A stretch of 64,000 nucleotides of DNA from a virus. Lineage: Duplodnaviria > Caudoviricetes. Location of the stretch: IMG/VR virus record IMGVR_UViG_3300022682_000066, positions 816-64,815 of that record; one strand, written 5' to 3'. A model generated the notes under the pieces. It worked only from the letters and a program-made list of their open reading frames with translations, was not told the DNA's origin and did no database searches. The position numbers and the translations under genes were made by a program. Below, piece by piece: positions 47,491 to 57,435 of the stretch (positions are counted from its first letter, which is position 1; each line of letters begins with the position of its first letter).

Positions 47491-48019
47491 GAGTCACAGT
47501 CCTCCTTTTCGCCGCAGCCTTTTTGGATTTTTCCACCACGGCCTTGTGTAATGCCTGTTGAGCCTTTTCCGAGAAACGTATTTCTTCAGGCAGGTTTCTG
47601 GGCTCCTTTGGCTTCGCAAAGTATTCTTGGTTCATGAGAAGAACGAGGTTCTCAAGTGCTGCCTTGCGCTGGTGAAATGCGAAGACGCCCCCGTCGAGAA
47701 GGTCCAAAATGAATTCAGCTTGGATTTGACGCTCCTTCGCTTTGCGGTACTCGGGGTGGGCCCGGACCCAGGCATCCACGTTGGGCCCTGTGGGGTTGAC
47801 TCCGATAAGATCTGCACCACCCCGGCCAGCCTTAAGCACGAGTTCTGAACGAGTGGTTTTCACTCGTTCGTGCATTCGCTTGGCTGTTTTGGCGGCGAGA
47901 GCCTTCATTCGGGAATACTTCTGGAATAGTTGTGGTTGCAGCGCCCACTCCACATCGAGTGCTTCTGTGTCGATGCTCAAATCCTCGTCGTATTGACGTT
48001 CAATGTCTTTCTGGTGCAT
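47483..48019 (-). CDS. UvsY-like recombination mediator
   Basis: DLSID..ALD.EW..QP..F.KYS helical protein adjacent to SSB. Confidence 0.55.
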   Translation of the reverse strand: MHQKDIERQYDEDLSIDTEALDVEWALQPQLFQKYSRMKALAAKTAKRMHERVKTTRSELVLKAGRGGADLIGVNPTGPNVDAWVRAHPEYRKAKERQIQAEFILDLLDGGVFAFHQRKAALENLVLLMNQEYFAKPKEPRNLPEEIRFSEKAQQALHKAVVEKSKKAAAKRRTVTRA

Positions 48020-48037
48020 ATGGACCCCCTATTTATC

Positions 48038-48065
48038 GTTATACGAATTGTGTTTGTTTTTTCTA
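48038..48065 (-). promoter_or_regulatory. putative phage promoter, TAGAAA-N14-CGTATAAC
   Basis: copy of the four-fold conserved motif. Confidence 0.7.
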
Positions 48066-48986
48066 TATAACCATCGCGTTGTAACAGGCTGTCACGAGTC
48101 CGGCTTTTCCTGTGTTGTAGAAAGGTTCCAAGAATTGCGACATAATGAGGTAGGCATCTTCCTTTCCGTTAAGCAGTACCTTGCGGTAGTATTCCAAAAC
48201 GATACGCCGGATTGTTTCAGGGTCTTCCTTGTCCAGTTTCTTGAGGAGCCCTGCCACTTCGGGCCATTTCACATTGGGCTTCATAAGAAGACGACATAAC
48301 GCGATTGCCAAGTCTTCTTTTTCGACAATACGCCCAACAGCGGCTTCCATTTCGTCTTCTTCAAGCCCTTGCAGTTGATCCAGTACAGCAAGGGCCAGCC
48401 CAGGACTACCGTTGCTTTCGACGAGCATCTTCTTGATCACCGATCGTGGAAGATCGAGATCGGCAGATTTCGAGACTTCAAGAATGAGATGCCTCATTTC
48501 TGAAGCGTCTAAAGGCTCCACCGGGAAATGGCCTACGCGCCGTCGCAAAGCCGCCGTAAGTTTCTCCGGCGCAGTAGTGGCTAGGATGATCCAGGTTTTG
48601 GCGGGCGGGTACTCCAGCATCTTGAGGAACCCCTCTTGCGCGTCCGGAGTCAGCTTGTGGCATTCGTCAAGGAACCAAACCCGCACACCGCCGAGAGGTC
48701 GGTACTGGCTTTGCCTTCGGATATCCCGGATCATTTCAATGCCCCGAAAATCTGACGAGTTGAGTTCATGGTAGTCGGTCGAGGCTTCCCCGTCTTTTCC
48801 GATTGCCCCAAGAGCGCGAGCCATTATCCGTCCCAGTGTTGTTTTGCCACAACCCGGCGGGCCATGAAGCAAAATTGCACGGTTGGGGCTTTCTTTCGAA
48901 ATTAGCTTCTGAAGCCCGTTTACCGTTTCGGCGTTGCCGTATACCCCGTCAAACGAGGTAGGCCGAAAATCCGTATGCAATGGCAT
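48063..48986 (-). CDS. clamp loader (DnaX gamma/tau-like AAA+)
   Basis: LHTDFRP, GPPGCGKTT, LDECHKLT..AQ..LKMLE.PP; ATG 48986 with GGAGG RBS. Confidence 0.9.
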   Translation of the reverse strand: MPLHTDFRPTSFDGVYGNAETVNGLQKLISKESPNRAILLHGPPGCGKTTLGRIMARALGAIGKDGEASTDYHELNSSDFRGIEMIRDIRRQSQYRPLGGVRVWFLDECHKLTPDAQEGFLKMLEYPPAKTWIILATTAPEKLTAALRRRVGHFPVEPLDASEMRHLILEVSKSADLDLPRSVIKKMLVESNGSPGLALAVLDQLQGLEEDEMEAAVGRIVEKEDLAIALCRLLMKPNVKWPEVAGLLKKLDKEDPETIRRIVLEYYRKVLLNGKEDAYLIMSQFLEPFYNTGKAGLVTACYNAMVI

Positions 48987-49003
48987 TAGAATCCTCCTTC
49001 GTG

Positions 49004-50401
49004 TTACTGGATCGGGTATTCTTTCGCGGTGTTCCACGAACCATTGACAGGACCCACATCGGCTTCGACTTCTAAAGGCACCTTGATCCACTTCCAAGCC
49101 TTGGGCAGGTCCTCTGTCATCACGCGCTGTGCAGTCCGTAATACGTGATCCACTTCGTCGGGGTGAAAATCGAAAACGATCGAGTCGTGAATTTGCCCGA
49201 TAAGTAGCGTCTTCCATCGTTCCCGAGTTGCAATTTGGGTCAATCGGATGAATGACCAAAGCAGCATGTGAAATGCGCTGCCTTGCACCGCGAAGTTAAT
49301 CACTTGGTTTCGCTTCATGAATCCCTTGAACATGAACCCGGTTAGCGATTGGAATTGTCCGTGTTTCAAGTAATTACGATACCAGGTGTTGCGCCAATTG
49401 TTGTAGACCGGGAATCGTTCGTTCCAGAAACGATGTTCGACCTCTGCCATATGGTCTTCAAAGTCTAATTGAGTGTGGATACCCTGTGTCGCAAGATGCT
49501 CGGGTAGTAAGATACCATCAGAGGTTTTAAGGTTGTCCAAGTGGATCATTGCCCACATATTTTCAGCGATGCTTTTGTAGTAGTCTCCGTAGAAGGCCGG
49601 AAAGACGAATCCGTTCTTACCACAGTGACGAAGGGTCTTATAGCAGCCAGTGCCTTTTGGACCCAGTTGTTCTTCTGTGAGATGATAACATTCCATGGCC
49701 ATATCGCGATGCATATCACGATTCGGATTTGTGAGTTCATCATACATCGCTGGATCTAGATGATAACAGTATGCCGCGCGGATTTCCGCACCGGAGAAGT
49801 CGACTTCCCCTAGTAATCGATCATGCCGCGGTATAAGTGACCGACGAACAATATTCATAATCTCTTTGATGCGTTTGGGAAAGTTGTGGAAGTTGGGATC
49901 GAACGAACTGGAACGGAAGGTTTGTACTGTATTGAGTGCGAAGCTTGGATGGATAAACCATTGATCCCCTTGTTGCACAGCTTCACGAATGATAGACGCA
50001 AGAAACGTCCCTTTTGCTTTTTGTAAGCGATCCACAGCGATCAAATCGTCAATCTCGGGGAGTCCTAAAGCCTCGAGCGCATTTTGGCTTGTAGAGGGGT
50101 TGCCGTTTTCCGTGAAAACTTTGGCCTCGTGCCCCATTCTTTTGTAGATTATGTCCGCGAGCTGGTGGTTGCTATCCCAGTTCATAGATGTTCCGTAATA
50201 TTTCCGCCACAGCTTCGCGAGTTTCGTGTCTAGCAGACGTTCTCGTCGTCGCCGAATCTGTCTTGTAAGGTGTTTATCCTTGGCAAGGCAATAGTCCATA
50301 TCAATAGCGATGCCGTTTTCAGTTGCTTGCGATAAAGCAAGTGTACCTTCTTGGAGCAAGGTGTAGGCTGCTTTATGCTTTGGTCGAATATTTACTTTCA
50401 T
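49004..50401 (-). CDS. family A DNA polymerase, polymerase domain
   Basis: RSSSFDPNFHN, DFSGAEIR (motif A), R..GKN..F..FYG (B), QIHDS (C). Confidence 0.92.
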   Translation of the reverse strand: MKVNIRPKHKAAYTLLQEGTLALSQATENGIAIDMDYCLAKDKHLTRQIRRRRERLLDTKLAKLWRKYYGTSMNWDSNHQLADIIYKRMGHEAKVFTENGNPSTSQNALEALGLPEIDDLIAVDRLQKAKGTFLASIIREAVQQGDQWFIHPSFALNTVQTFRSSSFDPNFHNFPKRIKEIMNIVRRSLIPRHDRLLGEVDFSGAEIRAAYCYHLDPAMYDELTNPNRDMHRDMAMECYHLTEEQLGPKGTGCYKTLRHCGKNGFVFPAFYGDYYKSIAENMWAMIHLDNLKTSDGILLPEHLATQGIHTQLDFEDHMAEVEHRFWNERFPVYNNWRNTWYRNYLKHGQFQSLTGFMFKGFMKRNQVINFAVQGSAFHMLLWSFIRLTQIATRERWKTLLIGQIHDSIVFDFHPDEVDHVLRTAQRVMTEDLPKAWKWIKVPLEVEADVGPVNGSWNTAKEYPIQ

Positions 50402-51678
50402 TACGACATCCTATGAATTCCTAGCTGTTTCATTTGTAGCAAGGCGAGTTTCATTTCGTAGATACTATCCAGCCCGTTGTAGGTAAGCAGTTCTTTGCGT
50501 CCCGGAGGGGTGGACACGAGTTCGCGTAACTTGTTGAATGCGTTTGCCCCGCTCTTTTTTGCAGCTTGTGGAGGTGATTCGATCCATTGCTTCATGTGAG
50601 AATCGTAGTCGACCACCCCAAAGTTGATATACGCTTGGACTTTGAGACTCGTTATTTTGGGTCGGTTATCTATCATATGGGCTGCGAGTATGGAATCCCA
50701 GGCCCAATTGTTGACGGTGCCTACTTTTGTGCGACTCCAGATATTCTCAAAACTAATGTTATGAGCTCCCTTGCCTACTGTTTTTGTAGCGAGCAATCGG
50801 CGTAATTCTTGTATCCATTGATCTTGTTTCGCAAATGTAAAGGCACAAGTCTCAAGATTTGGCTTTGTAAACGAAGCCGTTACAATTTGTTGACCGGGGG
50901 CATATGGGCGAAGTCCGGTGGTTTCCCAGTCAAATACAACGAATTCTTCTTGTAACGTACAAGTTTCGATAAAATGCTTGATGTCTTTTTGTTTTTGGGG
51001 CATCTGTATCAGGCCCTGTTCGTCTTCTGGTATTACCGGCGGCCCGTTAAGGATCGTCTTTATCGCATTATTGAGATCTTGTTGGAATAGAACTTCTACA
51101 ATTGGTTGTTTGTACCCTCGTTCGCTTTTGCTTCGTAGCACATACGCCGGGTCGTAGGTCGGGCAAAACCAAGCCTTGAGATCGCGATCAGGAATTGTGA
51201 AACCCCTCCATCGCGAAACCCCCATTACTCCATTGCGATCGCCTTTCCAACGATGTTGCAGAATTGATAGGATTGGGGCGTTTCCGAAAGTGATTATTCC
51301 GTGCGGCTTCAGTTTTCTGATTGTACGCCAAAGATTAGGGCGGCAGTACCCAATTTCTTCTTTGCTTGGTGTTTTACCTTTCCTTGTTTTGCAGATTACG
51401 GCGTAGGTGTGCCAACAATCCACGTCTATGTTGATACCAAGTTGGGACAGAGCCCGTTTTAAGAGCCGCCCGCCACCGTCGCAGACAGTCTTGTTTAGTT
51501 GATCCGCTTGTTTTCTTGGGGTCTCTCCCACGAGCAGAATCTTCTTACGGCCTTTGCCGTGGACTTCCATCTTTGGTGAGTTGCAATGCTTGTGAAGGTT
51601 ACAAGCGCCACAACCCGCGACTTTAGCTGCCGGGTCCGTTTGGACCGTGGTTTCCCCGTAATTGAAGAATCCTGTCAT
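50401..51678 (-). CDS. uracil-DNA-glycosylase-like + 3'-5' exonuclease domains of a split PolA
   Basis: CGACNL, LVGETP; FDWETTG, AHNISFE, YNGLDS. Confidence 0.85.
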   Translation of the reverse strand: MTGFFNYGETTVQTDPAAKVAGCGACNLHKHCNSPKMEVHGKGRKKILLVGETPRKQADQLNKTVCDGGGRLLKRALSQLGINIDVDCWHTYAVICKTRKGKTPSKEEIGYCRPNLWRTIRKLKPHGIITFGNAPILSILQHRWKGDRNGVMGVSRWRGFTIPDRDLKAWFCPTYDPAYVLRSKSERGYKQPIVEVLFQQDLNNAIKTILNGPPVIPEDEQGLIQMPQKQKDIKHFIETCTLQEEFVVFDWETTGLRPYAPGQQIVTASFTKPNLETCAFTFAKQDQWIQELRRLLATKTVGKGAHNISFENIWSRTKVGTVNNWAWDSILAAHMIDNRPKITSLKVQAYINFGVVDYDSHMKQWIESPPQAAKKSGANAFNKLRELVSTPPGRKELLTYNGLDSIYEMKLALLQMKQLGIHRMS

Positions 51679-51684
51679 GGCAGT

Positions 51685-52806
51685 TTAGAAGGAGTTATCG
51701 TCCATGTCGGCGTCTAGGGCCTCGCTGGGGAAGGCCGGCCCCAAATCTTCATCAGGGTTGTCGTAGGCGGCGGTGTCGGCACTTTCTTCATCTTCCTTGT
51801 GGGGCATCTCGTGGACGTAGACGACTTGATGTATGAACTCACTGGTTTTGAAAATAATGGATCGTTTGCCCAGCATGATGCGGCCCTTGCTTTGCAACAC
51901 ATCACGAAGTAGGAATGGGTTGATGTAGAAGGAAACGTCCTTCGCACACCTGGCGGGTACTCGTCCGGCGAACCAGCCATCACTTCCCTCGGAACGGACT
52001 TTTGCTTTGTTGTCTGTGATTTTGATTTCAACGTACATTTCTGAGGCATGTTTGTCGTTCAGAAATACGTTGGCCGCTTCGAGGATTTCGATCAATTTCT
52101 TCGTGAATTGGATGCGGGTGCCCTTCTTTTCTCGTGCCGGGGTTGTGTCGACGTAGGTTTCCTCGAATGTGCGACAGGAGAAGATGACCTTGTTCTTGTT
52201 TCTGAAGTGCAGCCACCCATCCTGCCGGGCGTAGCTCAGAACATCGTACGCAAGCAGATTCGGGATATGGCGTGCAGGAATGAGGAAAGGTTTTTTGACT
52301 CCGGTTTCCATCGGGAAGGTCGTCAGCCGATAGGAATCCGTTGCTTCGACAAATTCTGGATGGACATGGACGCAGGTAATGAGTGGTCGCGACATGTCCT
52401 TGCTGGCGGTGAGTTGGCAGATGTCCAGTGCGTGAAGAATGGCTGTGTTGAATTTCTTGTACCGAGTAGGCAGCTCAATATCAAGCGGACGCTCGGACTT
52501 GTAAAGTCGCACCCCAGCCTTGAACCCCTTCCCGGTTACCCGCAGTTCGTTCTTGAGCACCTTGAGTTTGACATCTTTCGAATTGGTAGACAGTAGCAGG
52601 TTATAGAACGGCTTGGCCTCCACAGCGATCCCGTCCAGTGCCTCTGTAAGCTCGTCGGGCAGCGGAGCAGAGACGTAGACTTCGTCATTGAACGTGATCA
52701 CGCGGCCTTTGCGGAACAGGAAAGCCGTTGAGAGCTCCACCACTTCTTTGGAAGAGAGCCCCGGCCGTACCGTTGTCAACAGATCAATCAATGCTTGACG
52801 ATTCAT
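51685..52806 (-). CDS. DNA sliding clamp (DnaN beta-like)
   Basis: ASKDMSRPLITCVH, EATDSYRL, INPFLLRD; ATG 52806 with AGGAGG RBS. Confidence 0.75.
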   Translation of the reverse strand: MNRQALIDLLTTVRPGLSSKEVVELSTAFLFRKGRVITFNDEVYVSAPLPDELTEALDGIAVEAKPFYNLLLSTNSKDVKLKVLKNELRVTGKGFKAGVRLYKSERPLDIELPTRYKKFNTAILHALDICQLTASKDMSRPLITCVHVHPEFVEATDSYRLTTFPMETGVKKPFLIPARHIPNLLAYDVLSYARQDGWLHFRNKNKVIFSCRTFEETYVDTTPAREKKGTRIQFTKKLIEILEAANVFLNDKHASEMYVEIKITDNKAKVRSEGSDGWFAGRVPARCAKDVSFYINPFLLRDVLQSKGRIMLGKRSIIFKTSEFIHQVVYVHEMPHKEDEESADTAAYDNPDEDLGPAFPSEALDADMDDNSF

Positions 52807-52988
52807 TTCTTCCTCCTTGCACACCGCCGGGGGCGGGTCGTTTTCTTCATATTGTCGATCCTCCGCTTCGTACAGGAGGTGTAGAAGTAAGAGAGCAGCA
52901 CACCGCCGCACTCATGGTATTCCCCAAGCAGTTCTTTAGTGAGTAGATCCTCGGCATAGCAGCCATTACCGGCCAAGTAAACGATCAT
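52803..52988 (-). CDS. small protein resembling the N-terminal strands of TGT-like proteins
   Basis: MIVYLAG...VLLSYFY. Confidence 0.5.
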   Translation of the reverse strand: MIVYLAGNGCYAEDLLTKELLGEYHECGGVLLSYFYTSCTKRRIDNMKKTTRPRRCARRKK

Positions 52989-53853
52989 CGAATAGCCCCT
53001 TTCGTATATGTTTTTTGAATGCCCATGGCCATTTTGGGAGGCTCTTTGCTAATCGCAGAAAGTACATGGCGTTCACGCGCAGGCGTTCTTTGGAATCGGT
53101 CTCGACCCCTTTGAGGGTAGACCCGCAACTCTCGATAAACGCCTCGACGTGGTCCTTGAAGCGCGGAGAAAGCACATCAAGTCCGTACGGGGGTACAGCC
53201 CGCTTGGACGACTTTTCCGACACGAAAATCAGGACGTAGTCCATGAAATCGAGTTTGCCTTTCTTGATTGTAGGAACCAGTACCTTACCGTAGATGCCGT
53301 GCTTGAGCCACGTTGTGCTGTCTACCGAATACCAGGGGTACCGCGCCATCAACTGCGGACTCGTTACAGCAAGGCCGTGAACTTTGCAGCGGGGCAATCC
53401 AGCATCGTCAGTCAGGTACAAAGACCAGAGCCGGTCGAGAATCGGAAGCGTTACCGAAACCGGGTTGGGAGTGATGCCGCCCAGCGCAATGTAATCATGT
53501 CCTTCGTCGATATACTTTTGAAGCCACTTGAGAGGCGTCCCCAAGTGAAAGATTGGGATGGCAGGTACACCACGGGCTTTTGCTTGCTTCATATTCTCGT
53601 AAGTGAGTGGTGCGTTGTTAATGATGTCGAAACAGGCACAAGCAGTGATATACCTTTCCTTTTTGAGGTACTTAAGATATTCGTCGTGATAGGTTTCGAC
53701 TTCTTCTTGCTCAACCCATTCAAAGGAGTCTCGGTGCCGGTCTCCAAAACGGGAACCCATAGACTCGCTAGTCGGGTTGCTTTTGGTGAGTTTATTGTAG
53801 AATGTCGGAGCGCCACTGTCGACGAAGACGTTGAATTTCCTAGATACGGCCAT
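52966..53853 (-). CDS. DpdA-like (tRNA-guanine transglycosylase family) DNA base-exchange enzyme
   Basis: VDSGA, IPIFH, YIALGG, VHGLA, PWYSVDSTTW; clustered with folE/queD/queE. Confidence 0.75.
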   Translation of the reverse strand: MAVSRKFNVFVDSGAPTFYNKLTKSNPTSESMGSRFGDRHRDSFEWVEQEEVETYHDEYLKYLKKERYITACACFDIINNAPLTYENMKQAKARGVPAIPIFHLGTPLKWLQKYIDEGHDYIALGGITPNPVSVTLPILDRLWSLYLTDDAGLPRCKVHGLAVTSPQLMARYPWYSVDSTTWLKHGIYGKVLVPTIKKGKLDFMDYVLIFVSEKSSKRAVPPYGLDVLSPRFKDHVEAFIESCGSTLKGVETDSKERLRVNAMYFLRLAKSLPKWPWAFKKHIRKGLFDDRLLGR

Positions 53854-54874
53854 CGGGATAGATCTCCTTGAGCATATTCGGTATCGCTTGCTCGCCGGCT
53901 TTTTTCAGTTTATCCATCCCGTGCATGAGAAAGCGTTGGTATCGATGGTTGTCCGTTTCGTAAGCTGTTACAATTCGGAGGATCTTCTTCTTTAATTCAG
54001 TGAGTGTGTCGTATCGCATATCTGATGGATACATTTCCGGGTAAGACAGTCGATTCGGGACGAGCGGGATGCAACCGGAGAACCAGGCTTCTTGCATTGC
54101 GATTCCCCAGGTTTCTTGGACAGCACAAGAGACCGCGATAGCCGCCGTCCCCAGAAGAGCGTAGTATTGGCCCTTTGTCAGGCACACATTCTTGGTGTAG
54201 ACCCAGCGCCATTGTTTTGGTAGTTGTGGTCGGAGGGACTGCATCACCGTTTCAAATACGGTAGGTTGTTTTTCTTCATCCAGCCGGTGAGGGAACACAA
54301 TTACCGGTTCTCTCTGAAGGTGGGATTGGCTTTCGAGATTATCGGTATACAGCGGGAATCCGGTCACATGAGTATTTCTGCAGTAGCGTCTTCGTGTCAG
54401 AAGGGATTGATGGAACTTGGTTGCAAGAAAAATACCGTCGACTTCGTTGAACCAAGAAAGTTCACTGTTGAGTGCCCAGCGTTCCATCCCCTGCTTCGTG
54501 AGAAAATCGTGAGGATCGTAGGTACCGGCATGAAGGCAACCGTAGATCCGGAGATCCATGTTGAGCCCGTCTCGTATGTAGAACAGCATTTCGAGTCCTG
54601 GAAACCATAAATCGTGGAAAAGCAGTACGTCCTTGTTCTTGATACGCCCGTCATGAATCATCTGACAGATTTTCCGAAGCTGGGAGGCTTTGTAGGCGTT
54701 CGTCCCTACTACATCAAGAAATGCTCCGTGTTCGATTGTATCCCCGAGAGGCTCTCCTTCAATGAATTCGAAAGGAATTGGACGATTCGAAAGTTCCTTT
54801 TGAAACCAGGAAGCCCATTGTGCGGAGTAGCGTTCTTCGAGAGGTTCGATCGGAACCACGAATAGTTTACTCAT
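53840..54874 (-). CDS. GT-B glycosyltransferase
   Basis: FPHRLDEEKQP, QETWGIAMQEA (E-x7-E), PNRLSYPEM. Confidence 0.82.
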   Translation of the reverse strand: MSKLFVVPIEPLEERYSAQWASWFQKELSNRPIPFEFIEGEPLGDTIEHGAFLDVVGTNAYKASQLRKICQMIHDGRIKNKDVLLFHDLWFPGLEMLFYIRDGLNMDLRIYGCLHAGTYDPHDFLTKQGMERWALNSELSWFNEVDGIFLATKFHQSLLTRRRYCRNTHVTGFPLYTDNLESQSHLQREPVIVFPHRLDEEKQPTVFETVMQSLRPQLPKQWRWVYTKNVCLTKGQYYALLGTAAIAVSCAVQETWGIAMQEAWFSGCIPLVPNRLSYPEMYPSDMRYDTLTELKKKILRIVTAYETDNHRYQRFLMHGMDKLKKAGEQAIPNMLKEIYPDGRI

Positions 54875-56189
54875 TGCCGACCTCCTCGATCAACCCAAGT
54901 CGTGCTTGGATTGCGATTGATACTGCGGCATCTCCAGGACGATTTGATTCAAACACCACCTGCGACACTCGGACTGGGCGGGTGATCTCGAGTTGCGGGA
55001 CCTTGTAAAGGTTGTGATAGTAGTTAGCTGCGTGCTTGGAAATAGGCACAGAGCCTATTGATGGGCTGGTTTCTTGGATAGTGCAGTCGAGGAAGCTGTT
55101 CGGGAGATACGACGGTACGAGCCGCAGTGGACGGCTGGTGAGGAAAACGCCTTCTTTCTTCAATGCTTCGTAATCGGCTGTGCCATGGTACGGTTGAAAA
55201 AATTGCCCGAGTCCTCCCCAAGTCCCGTTGGTACGGATGCGACCATACAGCTCGTAGGGATCAAAGCCGTATTGCATGAGGAAGTCCCCGGTGGTTTTGA
55301 TTGTGTTGATCGTCTCACCGGGGAAGAATGTCATCGTCAGCCAAAAGATATCGACTGGGGATTCGTCAGCCAATTGATGGTACTTTTCGATGTGGGGCTT
55401 CCCCATACTGGCACCGAGATCCTCGTCCGCTGTTTCAAGGCCTACTTCGATCAGCCGTACGGTTTTGGAGAGGGTGTCCCCTCCGTATGTGTGAAGGTAT
55501 GAGAGGACTTTACTGACGCTGCCCAATGTGATGAAATTGAATTGGACATTGTACCTCTCGAGGAGCATTGCAGCATATTCGAGAATGGCATGTGCTTTAC
55601 TCGGTGAGAAGAAGAAATCTTCGTCGGTGAAATGGATATTGTAAACACCGGTCAGGGCACATTGCTTCAAGACGTCGTCGATCACTTCAAGATCGAGTTC
55701 GATTCGTCTGCGATTGGTGTTGACCGTTGTGGGACAGAACGCACAACCGCGGGGACAGCCGTAGGAGGTGAATAACGGGTATACCTGCCCTTCGTATTTT
55801 TTGAGGTGCATGTCGCAATCGCTCAAGAGCAGATATTTGAAAGATTGGTAATGGCGTGGGTAGGTTCGCATCCCCAGCAGGATGTCTTCGTCAGGTACGA
55901 TATATTTGTTGAACCCGCATTCATCGATCAGCGGGTAATATCCAAAGAAGTAGACTTCCTTATTCGGCAGGAATTTTTCCAGGATGCGGCACATCTCGAT
56001 CTGTGGGTAGGACCACAGCGCCACGTAAACCGGCTCCGTGTCCTCTACCGAGTCGAGTTGATCTAGTGTGAAGTTCTCGAAGAAATGGCTGAGTTCGCCG
56101 TTTTCCGTTGCAGCCCCCGCAAACAGATAGGGAAGGTAACAAAAGCTGCCTCTATTAAATTCTGGGCTGGTGGGATCGATGATAATCAT
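54867..56189 (-). CDS. radical SAM protein
   Basis: TSYGCPRGCAFC, FTDEDF, VGLET, FFPGET. Confidence 0.85.
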   Translation of the reverse strand: MIIIDPTSPEFNRGSFCYLPYLFAGAATENGELSHFFENFTLDQLDSVEDTEPVYVALWSYPQIEMCRILEKFLPNKEVYFFGYYPLIDECGFNKYIVPDEDILLGMRTYPRHYQSFKYLLLSDCDMHLKKYEGQVYPLFTSYGCPRGCAFCPTTVNTNRRRIELDLEVIDDVLKQCALTGVYNIHFTDEDFFFSPSKAHAILEYAAMLLERYNVQFNFITLGSVSKVLSYLHTYGGDTLSKTVRLIEVGLETADEDLGASMGKPHIEKYHQLADESPVDIFWLTMTFFPGETINTIKTTGDFLMQYGFDPYELYGRIRTNGTWGGLGQFFQPYHGTADYEALKKEGVFLTSRPLRLVPSYLPNSFLDCTIQETSPSIGSVPISKHAANYYHNLYKVPQLEITRPVRVSQVVFESNRPGDAAVSIAIQARLGLIEEVGNE

Positions 56190-56482
56190 TGTTTGAGAAA
56201 CCTCCGCTTGGATTGGATTACTTCAACAATTTTTCGATGATCCACTCGTTCTGCTCCGGCTTGAAAGGCTCGGAAGATGAAGGAGTCCATGACGTTGAAG
56301 TGCTCTTTCGCTTCACCCTTGTATTGCAGCTGGTTTTTTCGAAGCCCTATTCGTAATCCAAAACGGCGCAGTTCTCTCGTGCCGGCTTTGCCGTGCTTAT
56401 CAGAAATCATGTGGGCCGTGTGGCGTACTCGTTTCCCGACCAGATATGCAGTCGTCGGGCTGATGAGGACACTCATCGCCAA
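56186..56482 (-). CDS. DUF4031-like protein
   Basis: HMISD...EL..F..RIGL....Q...EHF...A..AGA. Confidence 0.6.
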   Translation of the reverse strand: MAMSVLISPTTAYLVGKRVRHTAHMISDKHGKAGTRELRRFGLRIGLRKNQLQYKGEAKEHFNVMDSFIFRAFQAGAERVDHRKIVEVIQSKRRFLKQ

Positions 56483-56802
56483 ACCTCGGCGCCGTTCTCG
56501 TTGTCTTCGGATACTGAAACCATGTCGATTTCGGGGAAAATGTCAAGCAGTTGGCGCCCGAGCATTTCGCAGGAGGTCTTTCCGAGGAAGCGTTCGGCGT
56601 ATTCGCGCTGGATGTGCCTCTCGACTTTGTTTTTGAGTGAAATGAACTCGATATCGCGATTATCGTGATCAACGAATGCCCAAATCTTCACATGGAAGAC
56701 GTGCCGGTGTGGGTTTCGAAGAAATATGACTTCTTGCGGGGCTTCGGGCCAGTGATGGGTTGCTGCGAATTGCAGCGTAGCCCATACGAGATAACGTGCC
56801 AT
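56473..56802 (-). CDS. QueD paralog (T-fold), DpdL-like
   Basis: H.WPEAP..FLRNPHRHVF, DIEF, SCE, VSEDNENGA. Confidence 0.7.
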   Translation of the reverse strand: MARYLVWATLQFAATHHWPEAPQEVIFLRNPHRHVFHVKIWAFVDHDNRDIEFISLKNKVERHIQREYAERFLGKTSCEMLGRQLLDIFPEIDMVSVSEDNENGAEVWR

Positions 56803-56806
56803 GATA

Positions 56807-57358
56807 TTACCTCAAAAGAGTGGTCATGAGTTCAGCACGAGCGGCTTGATCGGTCAAGAAAACACCCTTGAGGCTTTGGTACCCCATGATGCTGTGCTGT
56901 TTTTGGACACCACGGCAAGCCATACAGAGGTGTTTGGCTTCGAGGATACATGCGGCACCTTTGGGGCGTAAATGTTCCATCAATGCCTCTGTAACCTGCT
57001 CGGCAATGCGCTCTTGTATTTGCAGGCGGCGGGCGTAGATATCGAGGATACGTGCGAGCTTGGAGACGCCGATCACCCGTTTGTGAGGGATGTAGGCAAT
57101 TGAGGCCTGTCCGGTGAAGGGGAGCATGTGATGCTCACACATAGAGTAGAACTCGATATTCTTGAGATATACGAGTCCGGTGGCTTCCTTGCACTCAAAG
57201 GTTTTCAGTATTTTTGAAGGGCACTGTCGGTACCCTGCGTAAAGTTCGCCCCAGCTTCTGCGAACACGAGTTGGCGTTTCGATGAGGCCTTCCCGAGTAG
57301 GGTCTTCGCCGATTCGAAGGAGCATGGTACGAATGATTTCTTCTGATCTGATTGGCAT
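56807..57358 (-). CDS. folE: GTP cyclohydrolase I
   Basis: REGLIETP.RV, SMCEHHMLPF, GVSKLAR, RLQIQE, HLCMACRG. Confidence 0.96.
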   Translation of the reverse strand: MPIRSEEIIRTMLLRIGEDPTREGLIETPTRVRRSWGELYAGYRQCPSKILKTFECKEATGLVYLKNIEFYSMCEHHMLPFTGQASIAYIPHKRVIGVSKLARILDIYARRLQIQERIAEQVTEALMEHLRPKGAACILEAKHLCMACRGVQKQHSIMGYQSLKGVFLTDQAARAELMTTLLR

Positions 57359-57376
57359 GACAAAGGCCCCTTTGTG

Positions 57377-57419
57377 AAAGTAAAACAGGGGAGGGGATGA
57401 AAGGTCCCCTCCCCGTTTT
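57377..57419 (-). terminator. intrinsic terminator
   Basis: GGGGAGGGGA/TCCCCTCCCC 10-bp stem with T-rich tails on both strands. Confidence 0.78.
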
Positions 57420-57435
57420 CGTTCTGCGATTGCTG

